NCBI GenBank assembly: GCA_963747235.1
Contig: CAVVEU010000008.1
Span: 160,001 to 224,000 of the forward strand
Direction of reading: 5' to 3'
Source of the DNA: an uncultured Candidatus Rokubacteria bacterium
GTDB taxonomy: Bacteria; Methylomirabilota; Methylomirabilia; Rokubacteriales; CSP1-6
Length of the DNA: 64,000 bases
Below are positions 9,705 to 18,873 of the stretch, piece after piece. The translations under genes were made by a program, and so were the position numbers. Position 1 is the stretch's first letter, and each line of letters opens with the position of its first letter. The notes under the pieces were generated by a model. It did no database searches. It was not told the origin of the DNA and worked only from the letters and a program-made list of their open reading frames with translations.

Positions 9705-11130
9705 TCAGAACGGATGCGACGGGTGGGCGCCCAGGATGAAGGTGGCCTGGAAGAGGATCTCGTCCACCTTCCGGGCGCTCGACTCGTTGTCGGTGAAGCC
9801 GTCGCGCGGTGGCCCGCTCGGTGTGCTTGTAGCCCAGGCGGAAGCGCAGGAACTCCGACGGCAGTAGGAGAGGAACGGCCCCACCGCCCACTCGCGCCCG
9901 CGCATGACCGGGTACTGGGTCCAGTCGTAGCGGAAGCCGGCGCCCAGGCCCTTCTGCCAGCCGGTGCGGAACGGCCGCACCTCGCCGCCCGCGTACCAGC
10001 CCAGCGCGCCTGAGCCGGCGCGTCTCGTCGGGCGTGTCCTGCACCCCGTCGCCGTCGGTGTCCTCGCCGCGCCACGTTCACGCGGCGCTCCTGGTAGATC
10101 AGCTCGCCGAGCAGCGTGAGCAGCGGCTGCTGCCAGCCCTCCGGCGTGTACTTGTACTTCGCGTCCGCGCCGAACAGGGTGTTGCGGCGCCGATCCGGCG
10201 TCTCGCCGCTGGCCACCGAGACGCCGAGCTGGATGGCGCCGAAGTCGCCCAGCTCGAAGAACGTGCGGAGCCGGCCGGTGAGGAGCGGCTCGTTCAGCTT
10301 GCCGCGCCCGAAGGCGTCCTCGTTGTCGCCGTTGAAGACGCCGACGAGCCCCTCCAGGAAGAAGGGCAGGGGCGCCACCCACGTCAGCTCCACGCCGCGC
10401 TCGACGAGACCCTCGTCGCCGAGGAACCAGCGCGAGCACGTTCGGCGTGTCGATGAAGGGCCGGTCGTGCTCGTGGATCTGGTTCAGCAGGCCGAAGCGG
10501 TTGCGCATCTGGCCCATCTTGAGCTGGGTGTTGAAGGGCAGGGTCAGCAGCGTCAGGTTGGCCTCGGCGAGGTGCAGGGCGATCTCCCCCGCGTCCTCCT
10601 CGCCGGCCTCGACGCGCACCTCGGCGCGCGCGTAGGGATCGATCTGGCCGAACAGGGAGAGCTCGATCTCGCGCGGGAAGAAGCGGTTCTCCTGCCCCGC
10701 GAACGTGCCCGCGTTGGCCTTGTCCACGTTGCGCTGGGTGAGGTTGCCGATGAAGTCGCCGGCCACGCCCATGTCGAACAGGAGCTGGCCGGGGCCGCGG
10801 GTGCTGTAGAGCCCGAAGGGCTGGCGGGGCCGCGCCAGGTCGAGCGGGGTCACCGCGATCGCGGGCGCGGCCGGCGCGGGCGCCTGCGCGACGCCCGGGG
10901 CCGGGCGCGGGGGCCGGCGCGGCCACCGCGGGCTGCGGCTTGCTCTCGAGCTGCTGGATCCGCTCGCCCAGCCGGTCGATCGCCTTCTCGTATCCCTCTC
11001 GCATCGTCTCGAACTGCTTGCGCATCTGCTGCAGCTCCTGCCGCAGCGCCTCGACATCTTGCGCGGCCGCGGGAGCGGGCGACATCAGCACGCCTGCGGA
11101 GAGCAGGCCGATTCCCACCAGTGCACGCAT
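9705..11130 (-). CDS. Outer-membrane beta-barrel / putative metal porin with His-containing C-terminus (frameshifted)
   Basis: Signal peptide, coiled coil, REIELSLFGQIDPY, LAEANLT, FGLLNQIHEHD, ends FILGAHPSHPF with terminal Phe. Confidence 0.8.
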
Positions 11131-11255
11131 GGATCCCTCCGTCTCGAGGAAGATGGATGGCCCGGACGGGACACGACGAAGCGGTCCGGGCGAGCGCTAC
11201 CGAGCGGGCGAGACGGAGCTAGGCGGGTGGAGCGCGGGAGCCGGCGAGACGGAGC
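11131..11255 (-). promoter_or_regulatory. Anti-Shine-Dalgarno stem-loop controlling the porin gene
   Basis: mRNA CUCCGUCUCG (11218-11209, second copy 11254-11245) is the perfect complement of CGAGACGGAG (11146-11137) overlapping SD GGAGGG; inner stem CCCGGAC/GUCCGGG (11161-11190). Confidence 0.75.
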
Positions 11256-11524
11256 GCCGGAGCGACGGGGCGGCCGCGGCGGGGGAGCGCGCCCGCCGCG
11301 GTGATGAGCGCGAGCGAGACGGCCGTCGGCAGGTCGGGCAGCGGGCCGTCGCCGCCCAGGAACTCGAGGCTGGCGAGGACGTGATCCTCGTTGTAGACGC
11401 CGGCGGTCGAGGCCTCGTGGATGTGGCGCGGCTGGCTCGCCTTGAGCGGGACGGTCACCGCGACCAGCGCGAGCAGCAGCGCGGCGGCGGCGAGGCGGAG
11501 CGATCCGAGCGGGCGGAGGCTCAT
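11219..11524 (-). CDS. Putative exported leader/arrest peptide ending RAPPA (DUF2946-like architecture, His instead of CxxC)
   Basis: MSLRPLGSLRLAAAALLLALVAVTVPLKA-SQPRHIHE...NEDH...LAGSRAPPA-stop; TATACT 10 nt before GTG-ATG. Confidence 0.75.
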   Translation of the reverse strand: MSLRPLGSLRLAAAALLLALVAVTVPLKASQPRHIHEASTAGVYNEDHVLASLEFLGGDGPLPDLPTAVSLALITAAGALPRRGRPVAPALRLAGSRAPPA

Positions 11525-11556
11525 CACTGGCGGCCCGAGTATACCGAATTCAGAAC

Positions 11557-12027
11557 TCAGCGGGCGGGGCCGTCTCCGAAGTCGGCGGGCCAGACCTGGT
11601 CGAGCCAGGCCTGCACCGTGTCGAGCCCGGTGGCCGGGGGCTCGCTCGCGGCGTCCGCCTGGCCGGACACGGGCGCGGAGCGGGCGTGGGCCAGCGCGCT
11701 GTCGTGAGCCATGATGGGCTTGCCCGCCCGCACCGCCAGCGCCACCGCGTCGGCCGGATGGCAGGGGAGGATCATCTCGAGTCCGTCGCGCTCGAGCACG
11801 AGGCCGGCCGAGATGCCGCGCTCGTCGCCTTCCAGGTGCGCGCGCCGCACCTCCGCCTGCAGGTGGCCGATGAGCTGCTCGGTCAGCTCGAAGATGGGCG
11901 TGCACGGGCACGGGGTCATCCCCAGGCAGCGGGCCAGGCGATTGGCCTCGTTCATCGGGATGTAGAACGCCAGCCACCGGTCGCGGCCCTCGACCTGGAG
12001 CATGACCATGGCCGGCGGTGTGGACAC
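11557..12027 (-). CDS. Bifunctional nuclease (DUF151) domain protein
   Basis: LAFYIPMNEA, LTEQLI, CHPADAVALAVRAGKPI. Confidence 0.7.
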   Translation of the reverse strand: MSTPPAMVMLQVEGRDRWLAFYIPMNEANRLARCLGMTPCPCTPIFELTEQLIGHLQAEVRRAHLEGDERGISAGLVLERDGLEMILPCHPADAVALAVRAGKPIMAHDSALAHARSAPVSGQADAASEPPATGLDTVQAWLDQVWPADFGDGPAR

Positions 12028-12037
12028 GTGATCACCC

Positions 12038-12449
12038 CTAATCAGGACTCCGAGTCAAGGGGTACCGACGCTTCAGCCAGCCGTCGTAGCCCGTCCTGGA
12101 GGACCACGTGGTTCGTGTAGCCCTTGGCCTCGAGGAAGCTGTAGGCGGTGGCCGCTTCCTCGATCGGGCAGCGGCAGTAGAGCACCACCATGGGCTGGGT
12201 CGGGATCTCCGCGAAGCGCCGGTCGAGCTCGGCGAGGGGAATCGAGACCGCGCCGGGCAGGTGGCCGCGGCGGAAGTCGGCCGGGCTGCGCAGGTCCACC
12301 ACGACCACCGGCTGGCGCGAGTCGAGCAGCCACTTGAGGTAGTCGGGCTCGGTGAGGGCCACCGTCGGCACGCCGCCGTGGGCCGCGCGTGCGCGGCGCG
12401 CGCCAGCGCCAGCACGACCGCGAGGGCCAGGAGCAGCGCCCCTCGTCAC
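12038..12449 (-). CDS. Exported rhodanese-domain protein (frameshifted)
   Basis: VDLRSPADFRRGHLPGA, LYCRCPIEE, LQDGYDGW; signal peptide then AHGG. Confidence 0.82.
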
Positions 12450-12817
12450 GGCTGCTTCGCGAGGGCGGTGATCTCCACGTTGGGCGGCGTCCCGGTGAGC
12501 GTGAAGACCACCGCGTCGCCGATGTCGAGCCCCTCGTAGAGCTTGGGATCGTGCACGCGGAAGCCCATCGTCATCGAGCCCATGTAGCCGGTGAGATCCT
12601 CGTGCGTGAGCACCACCACGTTGAGCTCGGGCAGCACCGCGCGCACCACGCCGCGCGCCTGCCAGGCGCGGCGGCTGCCCGCGGTGGCCTGCTGCAGGCG
12701 GGTCCGCTCGAGCTCCTGGCCGAGCCGGGCCGCCTCGCGGCCCCAGCCCAGATAGCCGCAGAGCAGGCCCACGCCCAGCGCGAGATTGACCAGCAGGATG
12801 ACGCGCCAGAGTCGCAT
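12446..12817 (-). CDS. cusF: Membrane-anchored CusF-like Cu(I)-binding protein
   Basis: LTHEDLTGYMGSMTMGF...GLDIGDAVVF; N-terminal hydrophobic anchor. Confidence 0.8.
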   Translation of the reverse strand: MRLWRVILLVNLALGVGLLCGYLGWGREAARLGQELERTRLQQATAGSRRAWQARGVVRAVLPELNVVVLTHEDLTGYMGSMTMGFRVHDPKLYEGLDIGDAVVFTLTGTPPNVEITALAKQP

Positions 12818-12823
12818 GGCGCC

Positions 12824-14848
12824 CTAGTGTACGTGCTCGTCGGGAGGAGGACCCGCGGGGGTTTCCTTGTCGAGCAGCAGGATCTGATCCACCAGGGTCG
12901 GGAGGTCGTCCCAGCCCCGGCCCGGCGCGCCCGGCAGCCAGCGCGCGCGCGACGTAGCCTTGGCGGTCGAGCAGGAACTCCACGTGGCGCGGTGGCGCGG
13001 CGCGCGCGGAGAGCTCCCGCGGGCCCAGGCCCCGGCTCAGCAGCGCGTAGGTCGCGGCGATCTCGGCCGCGCCGTCGGTGATGACCGGGAAGAGCAGGGG
13101 CGGCTGGCCGCCGAGCCGCCGGATGATGTGCGCCCCGTCGTCCAGCGGCACCGCGATGACCTCGGTGCCGGTCGCCTGAAGCGTGTTGTAGGCCTCGGCG
13201 AGCTGGATCAGCCGGGGCCGCGAGTCCGGCAGGGTGAAGAACACGAGGTGCACCATCCACCGGTCGCGCAGCTCCTTGAGGCCGCGCGGCGGCGCCGGGC
13301 CCACCGCGATGGTGAAATCGGGCGCGACGAGCCACGGGCGATTCGGCTGGACCATCCGGCGTCATCTGGCGCGCGCGCTCACCCGCGGCCAGCGCGCGGA
13401 TGAAGTTGATCAGGTCCCAGCGCTCTTCCTCGCCGAGCGCCGCGCCGAACGGCGGCATGCCCCCGGCGGGAATGCCGTGGGTGAGCCACCAGAACATGTC
13501 GCCCGCGGTGTGATCGGCGGCGTGCGGCGCGGTCAGGTCGGCGGGTAGCTTCGGCAGGCCCGCGCCGCCGGGGCCGTCGCCGCGGCCGGCCGCGCCGTGG
13601 CAGGTCGCGCAGTGCGCGCGGTAGAGCGCGGCGCCGTTCGCGATGGACACCGCCTGGTACGGTACCGAGGAGCGCCGGTAGGTGGTGGGATAGGCGTCCA
13701 CCGACACGGGCGGCAGCGCGACCCAGAGCCCGGTGACGAGCGCCACGCCGCCCGCGCCGCAGAGGAGCACCCGCCACGGCCGCAGGAGCAGCCCGACGAT
13801 CATCGCGAGCACGCCGACGAAGGCCACCTGCGCGCCGATGAGGACGCGCGCGGGCCCGCCCGGCACCTGGGCCGCCGCCTCCCAGGAGAAGCGCAGCGCG
13901 AAGGGCCAGCCGATCGCGTCGTGCACCGCGGGCGGCGACACGGACAGCGCGGTGGTGACGAGCAGGATCAGCAGCGCGAGGGCCGCTTCGCCGGCCACGA
14001 AGCGCCCGAGCCGCGCCATCGCGGGGCGGCCGACGGTGGCGCCGTCGCCGGACAGGCGTGGCAACAGGCGCCGGTTGCGCCTGGCCAGGACGAGGACCGG
14101 GATCAGCAGCGCGACCTTGGCGAGCAGCAGCCGGCCGTACCGCGTGCCGACCAGCGCGGGGACGCTGCCCACCTGGAACCACGCGTTGGCCGCGCCCGTC
14201 CCGACGACGACCAGCATCAGGGCCAGCGCCACCCGCGAGAAGCCGCGCACCGCGAGCGACCGCGAACGGCCGCGCGTCCGCGCCCGATTCGGCGGACGCG
14301 GCCCGCAGCAGCGCGGCCAGGGGCAGCAGCGCGCCGAACCAGGCCCCGGCCGCGATCAGGTGGAGCGCGTCGAGGAGCGCGGCGGCGAGCCCCTGCGGCT
14401 CGACCGCCGCCGCGTGCCCGGCCCACGCCATGGCGCCCGCGCCCACCGCGGCGAGCAGCCACGCCTCGCCGCGGAAGGCGAGCCGGTCGGCGGAGGACTC
14501 CTCGCGCTCGCGCAGCAGCAGGAGCGCGGCCAGCAGGAGGAGCAGGCCGTGGCGCACCAGCCAGACGGTGCCGAACTGGCTTCGCGTCAGGAGCTGGGCC
14601 CACGCCACCGGATCGAGCGCGGCGCTCGCGCGGCCGGTGACCACCGCGGTCTGGTAGGCGAGCGCGGCGAGGCCGGAGACGAGGAGCAACCCGGCGAGCC
14701 CGCGGGCCCAGCGCAGCATGCGCGCCTCCCAGGCGAGCGCGGTCGGCCGATCGCTGCGCCCGGCCAGGAGCAGCGCGGTGACGAGGCCCACCAGACCGAG
14801 GCCGCAGGCCAGGTGCAGCCAGCGGACCGCGAGGCCGAAGGCGGTCAT
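12824..14848 (-). CDS. CopD-family membrane domain + c-type cytochrome + redoxin-like domain fusion (frameshifted)
   Basis: RWLHL, WAGHAAA, LHLIAAGAWFG, YGRLLLAKV; CATCH and GMPPF; APDFT...FLLDRQGYV; ends DEHVH. Confidence 0.85.
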
Positions 14849-15039
14849 TCTGGTTTTCGGGCCGACGGGGACGGCTTGCGCGTGAGGAGCATCACGATGA
14901 CCACGATGAGGACGCCCGCGGCCAGGGCCAGCGCGCCCGCCAGGAGGCCGACGGTCAGCGGGCTCAGGCCTTCCGCGCGGAGCGGACCGCCGTGGTCGGC
15001 CCACGCCGTGGTCGCCAGCAGGAGGAGGGCGGCTCTCAT
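14845..15039 (-). CDS. 64-aa small membrane protein with signal peptide and mature N-terminus DHGG
   Basis: MRAALLLLATTAWA-DHGGPLRAEG + TM helix; stop overlaps copD start (ATGA). Confidence 0.65.
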   Translation of the reverse strand: MRAALLLLATTAWADHGGPLRAEGLSPLTVGLLAGALALAAGVLIVVIVMLLTRKPSPSARKPE

Positions 15040-15046
15040 GGGCGGC

Positions 15047-15060
15047 CTCATTATAATGAG
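15047..15060. promoter_or_regulatory. Perfect 14-bp palindrome giving TATAAT on both strands (bidirectional promoter or operator)
   Basis: CTCATTATAATGAG between divergent starts at 15039 and 15080. Confidence 0.65.
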
Positions 15061-15079
15061 TGCCGGAGAGCCCGGTCCC

Positions 15080-15796
15080 ATGAACCGCCCCGGATCACCC
15101 GCGCGCCCGCCCGTCCGCGCCGTCATCTTCGACGCCGGCAACACGCTCCTCCGCATGAACTACGCCATCATCGCCGAGCACCTGGGCACGCGCGGGCGCG
15201 CGACCAGCCCGGCGCAGGTGGAGGAGGCGGAGCTGCGGGCCCGGGTGCGGCTCGATCCCCACCTGGCGCCCGGCGCGGCCTCCACCGAGAGCACGGTCAC
15301 GCACGGGCGCTACCTCCGCTACCTGCTCGAGAACCTGGCGATCACCGACGACGGGGAGGTCGACGCGATCGCGCGCTGGCGCCGCGGGTACAACCTGCCG
15401 GTGGGCCTGTGGAACCGCGCCGATCCCGAGGCGCTCGGCGCGATCCGCCGGGTGCGGGAGGCCGGGCTCGTGGCCGGCGTCATCTCGAACTCCAACGGCT
15501 CGGTGCGGGCCATCCTCGAGGAGACCGGCCTGGCCGCGCAGCTCGACTTCATCATCGACTCCTCCGTGGTGGGCGTGGAGAAGCCCGACCCGCGCATCTT
15601 CCACCTGGGGCTGCGCGAGGCCGGGGTCGCCGCGGCGGAGGCGGTCTACGTGGGCGATCTCTACTCGGTGGACGTTCTGGGCGCGCGCGCGGCCGGGCTC
15701 GACGGCATCCTGCTCGACCCGGGCGGCTTCTGGGCGCCGCGCGACTGCCGGCTGGCGCGCGGGCTCGGCGAGGCGGTGCGCCTGGCGTTGGGGTGA
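15080..15796 (+). CDS. HAD-superfamily hydrolase (subfamily IA)
   Basis: FDAGNTL, VISNS, EKPDPRIF, YVGDLYSVDV. Confidence 0.9.
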   Translation: MNRPGSPARPPVRAVIFDAGNTLLRMNYAIIAEHLGTRGRATSPAQVEEAELRARVRLDPHLAPGAASTESTVTHGRYLRYLLENLAITDDGEVDAIARWRRGYNLPVGLWNRADPEALGAIRRVREAGLVAGVISNSNGSVRAILEETGLAAQLDFIIDSSVVGVEKPDPRIFHLGLREAGVAAAEAVYVGDLYSVDVLGARAAGLDGILLDPGGFWAPRDCRLARGLGEAVRLALG

Positions 15797-15833
15797 CCCC
15801 TCACCCTAACCCTCTCCCCGGAGGGGAGAGGGG
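15797..15833. repeat. BoxC/REP-like palindromic element, copy 1
   Basis: CCCCTCACCCTAACCCTCTCCCCGGAGGGGAGAGGGG between convergent stops. Confidence 0.85.
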
Positions 15834-15834
15834 A

Positions 15835-17208
15835 TTAGGCGGGGAGCGTCACGTAGGGGAAGCGGCGGAGGGCGTCGTAGACCATGCGCTGCATGTTCTC
15901 GACCGCCTCGACGGTGGGGCCCTCGAAGCGCAGGGTCAGGTACGGGTTGGTGTTCGACGCGCGCACGAGGCCCCAGCCCTCCGGGAAGAGGATGCGGACC
16001 CCGTCGATGTCGATGGTCTCGAAGCGGCTCCGGAACTCGCGGGTCAGCGCGTCCACCACCGCGAACTTCTTGTCGTCGGGGCAGGGCGCCTTCAGCTCCG
16101 GCGTGGCGTGCAGGTGCGGCAGCGTGTCGAAGTGCGCGGAGGCGGGCTGCGGGCTCGAGGCCACGAGCTGCAGGAAGCGGCAGGAGGCGAGGATGCCGTC
16201 GTCCACGCCGTACCAGTCCTCGCCGAAGAACATGTGGCCGGAGACCTCGCCGCCCAGCAGGATCCCGTCCTCGCGCATCTTGCGCTTGAGGAGCGAGTGG
16301 CCGGTCTTCCACATGATCGGCTCCCCGCCGTGCTTGGTGATGTCGTCCACCAGCACCTGCGAGCACTTGACGTCGAAGACGATCTTGGCCCCCGGGTGGC
16401 GGGTCAGGAGATCCCGGGCCAGGAGGGCCAGGAGCAGGTCCGCCTCGTGACGGCGCCCCCGCTCGTCCACGATGCCGACCCGATCGGCGTCGCCGTCGTA
16501 GGCCACGCCCACGTCCGCGCCCACCTCGAGGGTCCGGGCCACCAGGTCCCGCATGTTCTCCTCCATCTCCGGATCGGGGAGATGGTTGGGGAAGGTGCCG
16601 TCGGACTCGCAGTAGAGCTCCACCACCTCGCAGCCCAGGCGGCGCAGCAGCTCGGGGGCGAAGACGCCCGCGATCCCGTTGCCCGCGTCCACCACGACCT
16701 TGAGGCGGCGTCCCAGCTTCACGCGTGAAGTGATCGCGTCCCAGTACTCATCGCGCGGATCGCGGGTGGCGCGCGTGCCCACCCCCCGCTCGAAATCGCC
16801 CGACTGGATGGTGGCGAGCAGCCCCTGGATCTCGCTCTCGGTCAGCGGGGCCGCCCCCGCGTGCACCATCTTGACCCCGTTGTCCGAGACCGGGTTGTGG
16901 CTGCCGGTGATGGTGGCGCCGCCGTCGAGCTTCCAGTGCGCGGTGGCGAAGTAGAGCAGCGGCGTGTGATTGACGCCGATGTCCACCACGTCGAGCCCGG
17001 TGGAGAGCACCCCCGTCGCGAACGCCTCCTTGAGGGCCCGCGACGAGGTGCGGTTGTCCATCCCGAGCGCGACCGCGTGCCCGCCCCCGCGCTTCACGAG
17101 GGTGCCGTACGCCCGGCCCACCAGCTCGAACACGGGCGGGGTGATGTCGATCCCCACCTTGCCGCGCACGTCGTAGGCGCGGAAGACGTACGGGTTCAGC
17201 TCGGCCAT
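15835..17208 (-). CDS. Phosphomannomutase/phosphoglucomutase
   Basis: FRAYDVRG, TGSHNP, DGDADR, GEVSGH, VRASNT. Confidence 0.95.
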   Translation of the reverse strand: MAELNPYVFRAYDVRGKVGIDITPPVFELVGRAYGTLVKRGGGHAVALGMDNRTSSRALKEAFATGVLSTGLDVVDIGVNHTPLLYFATAHWKLDGGATITGSHNPVSDNGVKMVHAGAAPLTESEIQGLLATIQSGDFERGVGTRATRDPRDEYWDAITSRVKLGRRLKVVVDAGNGIAGVFAPELLRRLGCEVVELYCESDGTFPNHLPDPEMEENMRDLVARTLEVGADVGVAYDGDADRVGIVDERGRRHEADLLLALLARDLLTRHPGAKIVFDVKCSQVLVDDITKHGGEPIMWKTGHSLLKRKMREDGILLGGEVSGHMFFGEDWYGVDDGILASCRFLQLVASSPQPASAHFDTLPHLHATPELKAPCPDDKKFAVVDALTREFRSRFETIDIDGVRILFPEGWGLVRASNTNPYLTLRFEGPTVEAVENMQRMVYDALRRFPYVTLPA

Positions 17209-17230
17209 CACCCGGCTACCATGCACGTGG

Positions 17231-17626
17231 CTAGATGACCGCGACCGCTTCGATCTCGATCATCCACTCCGGCATCGCGAGGGCCGCCACCGCCACCAGC
17301 GTGGACGCGGGCGACTTCTTGCCGAGGAACTCCTCGCGGATGGCGGCCAGGTCGGGGCGATTCCGGATGTCGGTGAGATACGTGTTGATCTTGACGATGC
17401 TGTCCATGGTGCCGCCGCCCGCCTCGACCTGCGCCTTGATCGCCTGGAAGGTGGCGCGGGCCTGGGCCTTGAAGTCCCCGGGATGAGCGGGCCCGCCCTT
17501 GTCGGTGTAGGCGACCTGTCCCGAGAGGTAGAGAATGGTCTGGGCCCCGGTGACCTTCACGGCCTGCGAGTAGCCCGGCGGATCCCAGACGCCCTTGGCG
17601 GCGTAGCGCTGAATGGAGGCGGCCAT
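17231..17626 (-). CDS. RidA/YjgF family protein
   Basis: YSQAV, LSGQV, PASTLV, IEIEAVA. Confidence 0.9.
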   Translation of the reverse strand: MAASIQRYAAKGVWDPPGYSQAVKVTGAQTILYLSGQVAYTDKGGPAHPGDFKAQARATFQAIKAQVEAGGGTMDSIVKINTYLTDIRNRPDLAAIREEFLGKKSPASTLVAVAALAMPEWMIEIEAVAVI

Positions 17627-17727
17627 ACGATCTCCTCTGATGGGTGATGGGTGATGGAGTCAGGATGCTTGGGCTAATATAGCGCGAACGATCGACAACG
17701 AGGCCTACGGAGTTTCAGGAGACCCCC

Positions 17728-18114
17728 ATGGACGACGCCCTCAAGGAGAAGACGCGCAAGACCGCCCACATGCTGTTCCACTCCATCAAGAGCGGAGTGG
17801 GATTCGACACGTGGAAGAAGTTCGACAAGGAGCTCGCGCGCGAGCTGAGCATGTTCTTCACCGGCACGCTCTACAGCCGCGAGGTCATCTCCCAGAAGCA
17901 GCGCGAGCTGTGCGCGGTGGCCTCGCTCACCGTGCTCAATCGCCGCAACGAGGTGCGCGCCCACATCCACGCCGCGCTCAACGTGGGGGCGACGCGGCAG
18001 GAAGTGGGCGAGGTGATCTTCCAGCAGGTCACCTACGGCGGCATGCCGGTGGTGGTGGAGGCCCTCGAGGTGTTCAAGGAGGTCCTGCAGGAGCGGGGCG
18101 AGTGGACGGAGTGA
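17728..18114 (+). CDS. Carboxymuconolactone decarboxylase family protein
   Basis: QRELCAVASL, HIHAALNVGAT, YGGMP. Confidence 0.88.
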   Translation: MDDALKEKTRKTAHMLFHSIKSGVGFDTWKKFDKELARELSMFFTGTLYSREVISQKQRELCAVASLTVLNRRNEVRAHIHAALNVGATRQEVGEVIFQQVTYGGMPVVVEALEVFKEVLQERGEWTE

Positions 18115-18872
18115 CGACGCACGAGGACGTGACCGCGGCGATCGCGGCCGCGAGGGCGGCGGGGGAGGTCGCGATGCGGTACTATCGCGGCGGCTTCGAG
18201 GTCACCATCAAGCCCGACCAGACGCCGGTCACCCAGGCCGATCGCGAGGCCGAGCAGGCCATCAAGCGGGTGCTGGGGCGGGCCTTTCCCAACGACGGGT
18301 TCCTCGGCGAGGAGTTCGGGGAAGAGGGGCCCCGGGACCGGCGCTGGATCATCGATCCCATCGACGGCACCAAGAACTTCATCCGGCGAATCCCGATCTG
18401 GGCGGTGCTGATCGGCCTCGAGGAGGCGGGCGAGGTGACCGCGGGCGTGGTCTTCAATCCGGCCAGCAACGAGCTGTTCTGGGCGCGCCGGGGCGACGGC
18501 GCGTGGTCCGGCGCCGAGCGCCTCCGCGTGTCCGCCTGCGCCGCGATGAAGGACGCCTTCCTGCTGCACTCCGATCTCCACCTCCTGCGCGAGGCCGGCT
18601 ACTGGGATCGGTTCGTGCGCATGCTCGACGCCTCCGGCCGCACGCGCGGCTTCGGCGACTACTACGGCTACGGCCTGGTGGCCTCCGGCAAGGCCGAGAT
18701 CTACCTCGAGACGGATCTCAAGCCCTGGGACGCCGCGCCGGTGAAGATCCTGGTGGAGGAAGCGGGCGGACGCCTCACCGACTTCGCGGGGACGCCCACG
18801 ATCTACGGCGGCTCGGTGCTCGCCACCAACGGCCACCTGCACGACGTGGCGCTGCGGGCGCTCGCCGGCTAG
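18111..18872 (+). CDS. hisN: Inositol monophosphatase family, histidinol-phosphatase-like
   Basis: TPVTQAD, LGEEFG, IDPIDGTKNF, RTRGFGD, KPWD. Confidence 0.8.
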   Translation: MTTHEDVTAAIAAARAAGEVAMRYYRGGFEVTIKPDQTPVTQADREAEQAIKRVLGRAFPNDGFLGEEFGEEGPRDRRWIIDPIDGTKNFIRRIPIWAVLIGLEEAGEVTAGVVFNPASNELFWARRGDGAWSGAERLRVSACAAMKDAFLLHSDLHLLREAGYWDRFVRMLDASGRTRGFGDYYGYGLVASGKAEIYLETDLKPWDAAPVKILVEEAGGRLTDFAGTPTIYGGSVLATNGHLHDVALRALAG

Positions 18873-18873
18873 C

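Noticed and set aside
17638-17657. TGATGGG repeated about three times upstream of the RidA gene
   Set aside because: Too short to separate from a chance microsatellite; no other copies seen
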